DNA of 62,111 nt, counting the filler, from Hausera hauseri (Eukaryota), in assembly GCA_046269625.1 (NCBI GenBank). It is 11 parts of 11 records of this genome, joined end to end, with 100 filler letters (N's around TTAATTAATTAA, not from the genome) between each part and the next. Parts side by side here need not be neighbours in the genome. Positions count along the whole stretch, not along the records: positions 24,739 to 30,048 come from JBJURY010283394.1; positions 30,149 to 35,109 come from JBJURY010377590.1; positions 35,210 to 46,604 come from JBJURY010105542.1; 8 more parts are not named here. One strand, 5' to 3'. Each line of letters begins with the position of its first letter. The first letter of the stretch is position 1. Below, piece by piece: positions 25,463 through 36,812 of the stretch. Under the pieces are notes generated by a model. It was given only the letters and a program-made list of their open reading frames with translations. It was not told the origin of the DNA and searched no databases. The translations under genes and the position numbers were made by a program.

Positions 25463-25780
25463 TCTGGGTGGCCGAACTTCCGTAACCGGGTCCGGCAGCC
25501 GCTTGATGATCCATGTAATGAAAGATATTGGGGGTATCCAACTCTGCCGATTGTATTAAATCACGGATTAAGATGAAATTATTTTTTGGTTTAAGAAACA
25601 ATGCAATAATCGCATCGTGTCGGTGAATGACTTGCAAAACGTCTTTCGTCAAGTCGGTAATTGGTGTTGATGTATTGGAAAGCAGATGAGTTGCAGCACA
25701 ACTGAATATGGCATTGGTAGTGTTGTCGTGTCTTTTCTTTTTTTCTCCTTTCTCGTTTCCCCCTTTTTCCGGGGGGGGAA

Positions 25781-26415
25781 TGTGGTGCCCCCCATTTNNN
25801 NNNNNNNCATGCCCCGCGGCCGGATGGTTGGACGACGTCGGGCGCCTGACATCGCTTTAATGGCATTTCAGGCCTCCAACCGTGTCGATCTCTTGCGCCA
25901 GGTTCCGTTGCCGCGCGACAGTATGAACATTCAACCTATTTTTTTCTGGATGCTTTCTCGTTAGAAGAATATTTGTGTCTCACTGACATCAACGTTAACA
26001 ATCTCACAGAGAAAGTTGCTACTCATACCGCTGAGTCAATTCTGGTCGGTTAGATGATTTTGAGTTTGTCCGATTCCGAAGACGTTTTCTCATCAAATGC
26101 CGGCGAACTCAACGTCGGGGTTACTTTGGAATCGGACAAACTCAAAATCATCTGAACGTCCACAATTGACTCAGCGGTATGAGTAGCAACTTTCTCTGTT
26201 AGATTGTTAACGTTGATGTTAGTGAGCCACAAATATTCTTCTAACGAGGAAGCATCCAGAAAAACCTGGGTTGAATGTTCATACGGTCGCGCGGCAACGG
26301 AACCCGGCTCAAGAGATCGACACGGTTTGAGGCCTGAAACGTCATTAAAGCGATTACAGGCGCCCGACGTCGTCCAATCATCCGGCCTCGGGGCGTGCAA
26401 ACGATGGGCACCACA
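25781..26415. repeat. 635-bp imperfect palindrome (arms 25781-26081 and 26124-26415, 42-nt loop)
   Basis: The arms align as reverse complements over about 290 nt at roughly 90% identity by eye; termini TGTGGTGCCC ... GGGCACCACA; a 10-N gap lies at 25798-25807. Confidence 0.95.
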
Positions 26416-27250
26416 ATGACCTCTGAAGAAATTGCAGTTGAACATGAAATGTCTGGTGGTACCAGTGGCATTTCGAACCACCAGAATATATCTAGCACGG
26501 ATGTATTTTAAGAGTCACATGGCTGTAAGAAAGCCTTTTGTAAATGCATGGCAAGGACGGCGTGTTAAGTGTGTAAAAGATTATCTCAAAAAGCGAATGC
26601 GCTTTTGGAAAATACCTTGTTTACAGATGTGTGCTCCGTTCCGCTTTTCAATGGTGGAAGGCAGCAACGAATGTATAGAAGCCCTAATGAGGCTTTATTA
26701 CGACAGCATCTCCGACCCACTGTAAAACACGGCAGATCTGTTATGGTGTGGGGTTCGTTTTCCTACAAAAGTGTAGGACAAATGAGGATTCTTGAATCTG
26801 GATACAGGATGAATTCTGCTTGGTGTTGCTCAATCTTACAAAATGAGGTGCCCAACACCTTGGCGGAACATTTCGGTAGGTCTGCAAGAGCTAATTTTCA
26901 AGGTGATGAGCACCCTGCCATCGCTTCCGGTTGGTGAGAAGAAAGTGCAGACAGCTTTGGAGTTCACAAATGTCTTGGCCAAGGCAAAGATCCGATTATA
27001 ATCCTATTTTGAATATTTGGTCACTTTAGAAACCAATGTGCGAACTCATTGTCCACAAACTTTGGGTGAACTGAAATCAGCGATTCTACATGTGTGGTGA
27101 CCACGAGATTCCACTATGGTACTGCCAGGACCTTATAAATTCCATGCCTTCTCGACTGAAACTCGTCTAGTGACGAGGCTTCCCCACAAAATGTTAGGAA
27201 TTCATGCCTTTCTGCCTTTGTTCATTTATGCCTTAAAGATTTGCTTGTTT
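26416..27250 (+). mobile_element. 5'-truncated, decayed Tc1-family transposase
   Basis: RKPFVNAWQGRRVK, LFTD, YRSPNEALLRQHLRPTVKHGRSVMVWGSFSYKSVG, FQGDEHPA, WPRQRSDYNPILNIW. Confidence 0.85.
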
Positions 27251-27516
27251 GGTGGTTTAAATTTTCTGAGATTTAATGACCGACACTATTACAACATTCA
27301 TTTTTCATACTGTAGGAGGGCAAATTCTGCATACTTTACGGCTACTACTTTAATTTTTTGATACCTAATTAATAATAATGCTAAAATCATATGAAATTAT
27401 ATTTGTTGCTGTAGTATTTTGTGCAGATAAAATTTTTGTATTGCAGATTAAGTAAATTACTTTTATATACGTAGAGTTCTGATTGAACATTAGTAAGAGC
27501 TAGTTTTTCGAACATA

Positions 27517-28699
27517 CGTGGTGCGTTAGATAAGTCTCTGGACTCGTGTATAAATAGAATGGTGGTAATAATGGCGTTGTTACTATAACTAGCGGTCACA
27601 TTAGTGACTATAAATTTAGCGCTGTCGTGTTTGACGTTGCTTAGGTGAGAGAGTAGGCAGTTTTGTCATTTTCGTGCAAGCGATGTCGTCAAACGTGGAA
27701 TATCATGGCGTCATCAAATTCCTTGTTCCGAAAGGTACTGAGAATAAAGAAATCATCCAACAGCTACATGATGTCTACCAGAACCAGTGCCAATCACGTC
27801 CAACGATTTACAACAGGATTGGGGAGATTAAACTTTGTCGAAAGTCAGTTTTTGACCACGAAAGAGGGAAGACCGCTTGATATTTACGATTAAAAACGAG
27901 AATTGTGATAGAAAATTGTCCTCTGAATGCAGAATCAGCATTTGTGAACTGGAGGAGCGTCTCCACGTTAGTACGTTCACTATTCATGCAATCCTCGTGC
28001 GTCGTTCCCAAATCCATTTGTGGAGAAATGGCTGCTCAACGCCTGGCGTGCTGCAAAGCCAACGTGAAGCTCTACGATAAGTATGGCAATGCTTTTCTTC
28101 GAAACATTGTCACAGAAGACGAATGTCAGCTAAATCAGCTCCACGCAAGCTCCGCAGTGGGGCATTTCTCGGGCGGGCTGCCATTCTTACTGTGTTCTGG
28201 GATATTCGCGGCATTATTTAGATCGATTTCCTGGACCGACAAGCCACGATGAACTCACAGTACTACAGTGAGCTCATGCGTGATGTGCGAAAACGTCGGC
28301 GAAAATCTCCAAGCATCCCTCTCTGGTTGTTGCATGACAACGTTCCAATTTACACGTCACGCATCTCTGCCACAACAGAATAGTGTGGCTTTGAGCTTGT
28401 GGCGCACCCTCCATACAACCCGGATTTGGCTTCCAGTGATTTTGTGCTATTCCACCACTTCACGCGACATTTGAAAGGCCACCATTTTCAATCCGCAGAA
28501 GAAATGAAGGAGGAAGTGGAGCAAATCCTGACAAAATTTACTCCAAATTTCTTCGAAAATGCCTTTATGGAGCTCATTCAACACTGGAAAAGATGCGTGG
28601 AGGAAAAAGGTTCATACATTGAGAAATGAATGTATGTTGGGTTACGTAAATGTTTGTCTTCTTTTTTGTCGAGTCCAGGGACTTATCTAACGCACCACG
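27517..28699 (+). mobile_element. Mariner transposon, both ends intact, transposase disrupted
   Basis: TA TSDs at 27515-27516 and 28700-28701; TIR CGTGGTGCGTTAGATAAGTC-CTGGACTCG; motifs IVTEDE, FWDIRGII, LLHDNVPIY, HPPYNPDLASSDFVLF, WKRCVEEKGSYIEK. Confidence 0.95.
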
Positions 28700-28839
28700 T
28701 AATTTATGTTTTATAGGAATGTTAAATATCTATAATAAGAATCAATAATTATGTATATAAATCCAAAATGTATTGTATTTTTATGATTATTGAAACATTG
28801 TTTCACAACTTTTCATTCTGATCACTTTCATGGATTCAC

Positions 28840-30048
28840 TATATATCACATTCCGTTAGACTAAGAAATCTATATTTTGATGGAAGGTTTCCTCTGGTTG
28901 GGTACATTCGTGATTCTTCAAAACCTTCTTCAGTAGTCGCCTGATTAGTTTTCTGCCCCCGACTGGCATGTTTATCATGGTGAGAATGTTCGGTAGACTG
29001 ATATTTTGTGTATACGCTTTCTAACACTGGTGTAAAAGGTTTCCTTTTCTCTGTTTTCCCTTTATTAATTTAATGTGATTATAGTTTCGAAGGATTCTAA
29101 TCTTTTGTCTGTCGTAGAAAGTGATAAATGTGAAATAGCCAACCTTGGAGTCGACTCTGTATGGACCCTCAAGTTTATCGGCTAGATTTTTCCATTCGAG
29201 ATTTTGATTAATTTTCACCTTTGTTGACAACTTGGCTAAGTCTATTTTTATCATCTCATTCTCTGTCAGCGTTAATACGATTTCTGTTTTGTACTTTTAC
29301 ACGAATTGTTTTAACCATTTTCTTCATCCTGATGACATAATCACCATATCCTTGAAAATATCGGATTGCTTCAACGCTGTAATCGATGGTTGCCTTCCGA
29401 ATACTATTTCATGGGGGATGAATCATGTGGTGTATGCACGGGATTTCGAAGCCCTAATTGAATAATCGGAAAGGCTTCATTTCAATATCCCAAATGGCGG
29501 CCCTTACTGTTCTAAGCGATTGTTCAGTCATGTTATTTAATCGAGGATAGTACGGATTCTTTATATCTAAAATGACAAAAATCTCGAAAAAGATTCGATG
29601 TATAAATCGGTCCATAATAACTATTTATTCATTTTGGAATTCCAAATTTTGAAACTCTGTTTATCCATAGTATCTTTGTGATAGAAATAGCTTACATTGA
29701 TTTTAATGGGATCAGGGAAACACATTTTGAGAAATAGTTTGACTCCGAGTATATACCGATAATATGTTCTTATCACTGTAAATGGTCCCGTTATGTCGAT
29801 TCCAATTATTTCAGAATAGTCAGCTGTGATTATTTTTGAATTGGCACTTTCTGGAATGCTTACTCTGCGCAAAAAATATGACAATTAATTTGTTGAATAT
29901 TATCTGAAATCATCTTTCTCCAATACTATGTTATGTGTAAAAAGTTTTGCTTTTTCTATCCCAACATGTTCAAGGTTTTAACGAACATGTTTAGTCAATT
30001 GGAGTTTGTTCTGCTTTGAGACTACTATAGTACTGTTCTAAACATTGT
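28840..30048 (-). pseudogene. Highly decayed Gypsy integrase fragment
   Basis: IIGIDITGPFTVIRTYYRYILGV, YPRLNNMTEQ, NLADKLEGPYRV (GPY/F motif); many stops and frameshifts. Confidence 0.75.
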
Positions 30049-30224
30049 NNNNNNNNNNNNNNNNNNNNNNNNNNNNNNNNNNNNNNNNNNNNTTAATTAA
30101 TTAANNNNNNNNNNNNNNNNNNNNNNNNNNNNNNNNNNNNNNNNNNNNTCCTCTGGTTGATAAACTGTTCCTCTTCTTGTGGTAATGGTGATACTTTCTT
30201 AATCCAAAGGTCGTCAAATAATGA

Positions 30225-30242
30225 TCCCGGGTCACGGCACCA
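30225..30242 (-). promoter_or_regulatory. tRNA-His primer binding site directly after the LTR at 30246-31014
   Basis: Minus strand reads TGAACA-AAC-TGGTGCCGTGACCCGGGA. Confidence 0.88.
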
Positions 30243-30245
30243 GTT

Positions 30246-31014
30246 TGTTCAATCCTAACTAATTAGACTAAGGGTAAATGTTTAATTTCGTAAATTTGCC
30301 AATTAATGGGGAGAACAATTTTATGTGACGTATTTCAAAGTTGGAGTATCGTGTATCTTACCTAAGTGATAGTAGGTAATGTGTATCAAGCCCATAACTG
30401 TTTGATATTGCACTCACTACGGTTAAATATCTTATTGATTTATTTAGTGTGACTTGGGCCGTCGTCAGGTAGCTTTAATCTGGTCGACCAATGATCCAAT
30501 TTAATATACGCTTACTTATTTATTTATTTTACTTATTGAAAAGATTGGAAATCCGAAAATAAAATATAATCTGTGCAAAAGCAAACAATTACAAACGACA
30601 ACTTTTAGAATATAGACCAAGAAATTATAATACGTACTTACGTGAAGTCATAGGATTATCAATAACGTAATGTTCATAAAATTCAGTTCAGTTCTGCACC
30701 ACATATTATACCGTTTATATAGTCAAATCAAATTTCACAAAAACAAAAGAAATGAAAAGTAATGACCATAAGTTATAAATAAATCATAAATAACGCATGG
30801 AAACATCGTTGTAAATATACAACTGAACTGTACTCATACAATAATTACATCCTGTAATTAATTACTATATTCCATCATTCTACAGCTCGTAATTATGAAT
30901 AATTAATTCATTGTTTCTGAATAATTAATTCATTGTCTTATACACAGCAGCTCGTAATCATAAATAATTCAGCTCTCATCATTGTGTGGTACGCAGTAGT
31001 CACAGATTCTCACA
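30246..31014 (-). repeat. ~770-bp LTR (TGTGAG...TGAACA)
   Basis: TG...CA termini, AATAAA motifs, PBS on its 3' side; shares CACATTACCTA and the terminal TGAACA with the LTR ending at 8827. The 5' boundary is inferred because the PPT is atypical. Confidence 0.7.
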
Positions 31015-31339
31015 GACTCGCCGGGGGTTCAAAGAATTTGACCCCAAATTTATCAATTGTTTGGGAGAGGCATATAGACGAATTTATCTGTTGTCCGTGA
31101 TTTGTAGCGAATAGATTCCGGTTCGAATACTTCATCGTCCACAATAATGGTTTCATCCACCTATATATGTCGTTTCCGGCCACATTGAGATGTCGTTGGT
31201 GCTGTTCGCACCCCTTCGGAAGCCGCATTCTCAGTTATTAATTCATCAGTCCATTTCACCTGTTTATAGACGCATTGGAAGCACTGCACTAGGGCAGTAC
31301 TACAGAGTGGAAAACCTTTTGTATCGCAGAATTTTCTGG

Positions 31340-32290
31340 CTAACTCTTTGAAAGTGCCTGTGACTGAGTGATACTGGCGAATAATTTCCTCATGATAAAA
31401 ATGTCACGAATTCCGGCCAACCACCGGATTGAGCATTTGAAATGATTTACTACCATTTCAATAACGTCGGCTCCGATTGCAATCTTGTCTGTAAGTATTT
31501 CAGCAACCATGCGGTACAAATCCGGTGGATCCATCTGATTATTGATATTGGCTTTCATAAGGCCCGTTACGTGCGTATCAAAGTTGTTCATATGCTGTCT
31601 TGGGGTGATTATTCCATATAGTAACGTGTTCCCGTGCAAGGTCATGATTGATGCCTCGATAGGTTGGAGTTGATTCCATTGGTCATAAGCCAAGTTTACG
31701 GCCACTATGACCATATCATTATCTGTTATTTTATCGAATCTTCGAAAAGGGACACTTCTATATTTAACATAGTCCGGCTCTGGAACATTGAAGCATTTTC
31801 CGTCGGGGAGGCTTGGGCGAAATTTTTCATTCTTTATTATCTCAATGGCTAAGATGATTCGGTTAGTGTCGGAGCGGATTTTAAATGTGTTTGCGTTAAG
31901 AACATTATGGTCAAAAGAGAGACCATGTTCTTAGTCCAAATTAATGAGATCTCCTTTCAAAGAGATTTTCTTATGGGAGGTTTTAACTTGCAGTTGACCA
32001 GTAAAACAATAGAGATTCATTGAATGAAAACGTTCCGGTACGATCAGTATGTCCGAAAGATAGAAGGAGGTAGCCCTTGAGATTTGCATGAGGGCAATCG
32101 AACGATTGGCCATCCTGTAGCCTTTTATGTTATTTGGGATCTGTTGTGTCTGTGGATAATTAAGACTGATTATAGTATCGTTGTGGACTATATCATATTG
32201 ATTAAATGGATTTGCGTTTATAATGTGGTCTTCGCATTGTTATACCAATGCTTTGATCGGTTAATTGTCTAAATTTGGTGGAACGTTGAC
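31340..32290 (-). pseudogene. Unknown accessory ORF of the Gypsy element (about 315 codons, a few in-frame stops)
   Basis: Track ORFs 31931-32113 and 31340-31714 are one frame when read through stops: IFVNVPPNLDN*PIKALV*QCEDHII...MANRSIALMQ...LINLD*EHGLSFDHNVL...RIILAIEIIK...DNDMVIVAVNLAY. A TTGTTTTTTATAG acceptor-like sequence precedes it. Confidence 0.6.
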
Positions 32291-32440
32291 GAATATACTA
32301 TAAAAAACAAAGTCAATGTGATTCTATGCACGGCATTTAAATTCAACACAACGGTAATTATACACATTACTAAGGTAATCGTTGTGGTTAACATGGGGTG
32401 AATCTTTCGACTAAAGGTAACCAGGTGTTGTTTGGCTATC

Positions 32441-33238
32441 TTATTTCTTAGGGTTGCGTTGACCGCAATCCCTATATCTAATTGTCAGCTGAGATTGTCT
32501 GTATCTACCGGATTCAGTTAGATCACGCATGTTAATTCTAACCCAGCTTCTTCTGCTACGTTTACACCGCGAGTGCACGACTCTAGTTACTATTATTACT
32601 ATTATTATCAATACTATGGGCACTAATAATCCGATTAGTATCATCTCCAGACGAGAATGTTTATATGCGGCTCGGGAGGGTTTGCTAGTTACTTTATTAC
32701 TAATTGTATACTTTTTGTAATTTGATTCCCTCTTATGACTCTTTTTTGTAATTGCCGATATTATATTGGTGGAGGTTATTTTATCGTTATTATCTAATAA
32801 TTGTAGGATCACCGTATATTTTGTGTCAGGGTTTAAGGCTGCGCATGGTACTATCAAGTCGTCGGGTGTTATTACTCCCTTCGCTACTATTGCACCTTCT
32901 TTCGTACAAGTGAATCTGATTTTCATGAAATCTAGGTTTGGCTTAACAGACACGATTAAAGCCGTAGGGGCTGCTATAAGGGTTACGTTATCCCATATAG
33001 AGCTCTTTTGACGATAATAAGACGCGTAAGGTCTGATCAGAATAGTTATTTCTTTTTTGTTGGTCCAGAGATGGACCGCTGGTGTCGTAATCTTTTTCAG
33101 CAAATCATCGTATTCTTTTTTATTATTAAATCGTATAAACATGGTTGGGCCCTTGCGTTCTAATGGATGTCTGAATTTACCATTTCTTCTTCGAAATAGA
33201 AGGTAATAAACGTGGTATATTTTTCCCCGTGTAACCAT
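32441..33238 (-). CDS. Type I membrane protein-like ORF in the env position: FN3-like domain, transmembrane helix, basic tail
   Basis: AALNPDTKYTVILQLL resembles the FN3 LxPxTxYxV signature; TM segment MILIGLLVPIVLIIIVIIV followed by TRVVHSRCKRSRR. Probably extends 5' through a frameshifted stretch to about 33880. Confidence 0.6.
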   Translation of the reverse strand: MVTRGKIYHVYYLLFRRRNGKFRHPLERKGPTMFIRFNNKKEYDDLLKKITTPAVHLWTNKKEITILIRPYASYYRQKSSIWDNVTLIAAPTALIVSVKPNLDFMKIRFTCTKEGAIVAKGVITPDDLIVPCAALNPDTKYTVILQLLDNNDKITSTNIISAITKKSHKRESNYKKYTISNKVTSKPSRAAYKHSRLEMILIGLLVPIVLIIIVIIVTRVVHSRCKRSRRSWVRINMRDLTESGRYRQSQLTIRYRDCGQRNPKK

Positions 33239-33899
33239 ACAGCAAATTCTTTGTTGTTTATCTTTAAGTCTGCAAATCCTAATTTCTGCACCTATATTTT
33301 ATATTCACTTGATTGCTAACCTTCGATCGTTTTCTAATTGTATCAACGTTATAATTTCAATGCAACTTCTCTCACTCTTAAATCCCATTGACCGCACAAT
33401 CAGTTGGTTGAGTATTATTTCATCTATTAATGTCTCATTCATTTGTTGTCTCGTATGGATCACTACTGATCTATAAAATTTTGTTTTCCGACTTTTGTAA
33501 TAATTTCCCTATCTCTCTATAAGTGTAAGGTATATGTAATGAACGCCTGAACCTTGTACCCTACACTGTGTTTGATTGGTATCTGAATGGAATAAACAGT
33601 TATATTGTCGCTCGTTGGGGTCTCTTATTATCATACCATGGTATTATTTGTATCCCCATTATGTATGTTGGGGGCATTTGTTCTGGCATATTCCAGTTTA
33701 TCACTTTTTGACCTTTTTCTGAATATGTTACTCTATACTGTAGGTTTTTCATTAATAGGTCTTCTGTTATGGCTATCACGTGCCGTATTTTTGTGCCTTC
33801 AATCTCTTGGTTCGTCATTTGTTCAATCACTTTGGGCAATAACAAGATTGCCCTTAATAATAGGTACTGCATTAACCAATGGAATCTGTGAGTTGGGTT

Positions 33900-35109
33900 T
33901 ACCTTGGCTGTTTTTTCATTAATACTTAGTACTATCGCTTTTTCACGTTTTCTTGACTCACTTTGCTTGGCGGCTGGCTTACATTTATTAATGTGAACCT
34001 TCAAGGATTTATCATTCTTCTTTAGACAAATATTCGTTAGATCCACTTTTTTACTTCGTAAGGCCCTTTATATGGCCTATCTAACTTGGATGTTTTGCCC
34101 TTTTTACTTGCCGGTGAGTGCAACATTACTTGGTCGCCTATTTTAATTTTTGGCTGTTTGGTTCTCTGGTCATAGTATCTTTTATATTTCAGTTTATAGT
34201 CTTTCTGGCTATCATCAATCGTTTTGTATGCTAACTGGAGGCGTTTCTGCATTAACTGTTTATAATCTTCCATTCCATTAAGTGTGAGACTGGCTTTACA
34301 TTAAAGTCTAGATCAATTGTTAGTCTTGCATCCCATAAATACATTAAGTAGAAGGGGGTTTCTTTAGTAGCTTCATGGACTGATGTCCGATTTACGAAAA
34401 CTCATGCATTGATATATTCGTCCCAATCGTCTTGCCCAATGTTTACTACCGTTTGTAATTTCCCCTTTAAATCTTCAATATATCTCTCGACCATTCCATT
34501 ATTTTCTGGGTGGCCCGGCGTGGATCGTAGTTTTAATATCTTTAAAATATCATATATGGACTGCATTATCGTTCCGGTTAAATTTAATGCTTGATCTGTC
34601 AAGAGGATTCTCGGGGCTCCATAACTAAATACTATATATTTCGCAAATTTTTTGGCGATTGTGTCTGCCTTCATATCAGCCATTGGCAAGGCCACAACCC
34701 ATCTAGTAAAGTAGTCGATAAAGACTAGGATATATCGATTTTCATTGCGGGTTAATGGTAGTGGCCGCGTTATGTCCATTGCAGTAAACTCAAATGGTGC
34801 TGGGGGTTTATCCCATACTTTAAGAGGTGCTTTGTATTTCGTTCCCGTGTTCTTCCGGGTAGCACATAACTTGCAGCTATTGCTCCGTTCCTGCACATCT
34901 TTCGTTATGCTTGGCCAAAAGTATTTCCGTTTTAACTTATTAAGCGTTTTGTTTTCTAATTGGTGTCCACCAAGTAATCCGTCATGGCATTGAGTTAATA
35001 GAACTGCTTTGTTTTTCTGGGGAATGACCAGGGCAGATCCGTTTTGATGAACGAAGTATAAGAATCTTTCTTTTTCTTCATACGCTTCACTGAATCGAGC
35101 GAAATGGCG
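33900..35109 (-). pseudogene. pol: Ty3/Gypsy integrase, disrupted
   Basis: CHDGLLGGH...KYFWPSI...CKLC zinc finger; FTAMDITRPLP, FIDYFTRW, LLTDQALNL, GHPENNGMVER core; SKLDRPYKGPYEV GPY/F module. Confidence 0.92.
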
Positions 35110-35519
35110 NNNNNNNNNNNNNNNNNNNNNNNNNNNNNNNNNNNNNNNNNNNNTTAATTAATTAANNNNNNNNNNNNNNNNNNNNNNNNNNNNNNNNNNN
35201 NNNNNNNNNTTGTTTCAGTGTTTTTGAAATTTGTACTTTCTGATTTTCATTTGATGCTTTTTTGGAATTTTGTTCTGTGGCTTTTTAACTTGTTTTTTGA
35301 ACTGTTTCGGTTTGGATAGTTATTTTTTAATGCGGTTTTAAAATTTGCGTAGCTGGATTCCTGCTGTTCAAGTTCCTTTTCGACTTTTAGGCTTTGGGAT
35401 TTTTGCTGATTGAAGAAATGATTATTTCTCTCACAGGTTTCAAATTCAAAAAGGTCAGTTTGGGATTTGGATTGATTTTTTGACTTTTTAATTTAGATTT
35501 TTTGGTAATTAAAAGATCC

Positions 35520-36717
35520 TAACATAAGTTAATGAGAGAAGTACAGTTAAGATTAAACGAGATACGCAAAAATGTACGAAGAGCGTTCACGGTATTGTTA
35601 AATTATTGCCTTCCAGACGTCACAGTCGACTCAGGGTGGGATGCGTGTTTGGAAGATGTGTACTGCCAAAACCCAAAAACACCCATCCAACTTCAATAAA
35701 AGGATATACTTCCAACAGACCGACGATTTGATATGGAGATGCTCTTAGATCCTGCACGGACCGAGAGAATTAATTGAGCAGATTAACGTCAACATGACGG
35801 AGAGCAAACTAAGACAATGGATCCCTACACTAACCAAACTATCGAGCGAAAATACCGCTTATATCTTAGTACCCAGACTATTGCTAAAGAAATACGCTGA
35901 TTTCTTTAAAGCTAAACCCAAAACGAAGATTAAGGTGAAGATATCAGCTGAATGGATGGAAGAGAAAGAAATTGAATGCACAACGATAACATCCGTTAGA
36001 GAAATAAAGCAATGGATAGTACAAAACGGTGGGAGAGACGAAATAAAGTATCGGTTATATTTCCGAGATATGATACTGGACGAACCTAAGCTACTGACAG
36101 ATGTTGGAATTATTCCAGAGGAATCAAATCGAATAGTGGCTATAATTACCATCGAACAGACAAAAGACGAGGCTGTAAGAAAAGTGAGAGATGAACATTG
36201 CGTAGGACGCATTTTGGGAATCCGAGACCCTCTCATGTATTTTGACTACCTCCAAAGTGAGGAAGATAAGAAATAATACGATAAGAATCTAGTACCGATT
36301 AGCGAAGCAATACCAAGTGCGCCGAAACAGAAACGACCAGTTGAAAGGCCGAGGAAAATAAGATACGATATTGACCAAAGTGCAGCTTTGATACGAGAAT
36401 TAAAGCAATTATCCATGCCCGCGAATAACTCCGATAGCGAAGAATTAAACGAGTTACTAAGATACATAATTAAAATAGTGAACTATTCAGGACCAAGAAA
36501 TGAGATGGTAGACATAAAAGAGAAAGCAATATATGATGCTGCGAGGATTATGAGAACATTTCAATTCAAAATGAACAAAAGCAACTTACCTGATAAAGTG
36601 TTAATCGAGAAAGTTATGGTAGAGAATACTAAGGAAGAATTGAGGAAAGTAATATTGTACTTGGCAATCAAAACAAATCCCCTAAAGAAAATGAATTCAA
36701 TAAAACTATTGGATTGA
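35520..36717 (+). pseudogene. Accessory region of a large Gypsy element with a ubiquitin-like domain (about 35920-36160)
   Basis: KIKVKISAEWMEEKEIECTTITSVREIKQWIVQNGGRDEIKYRLYFRDMILDEPKLLTDVGIIPEESNRIVAII follows the beta-grasp pattern of ubiquitin (T-V-x-x-I-K...RLIF-G-x-x-L-D...L-x-D-Y-x-I). A homologous copy lies at 45924-46604. Confidence 0.7.
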
Positions 36718-36812
36718 TCAGAAAGGCTGCTAGAAAAATACCTAGAGAGATAAATTGGTCCTAGCTATTTGATGACGAAGATGGAAACAGGCCAACAACT
36801 AGAATTAAAGAT

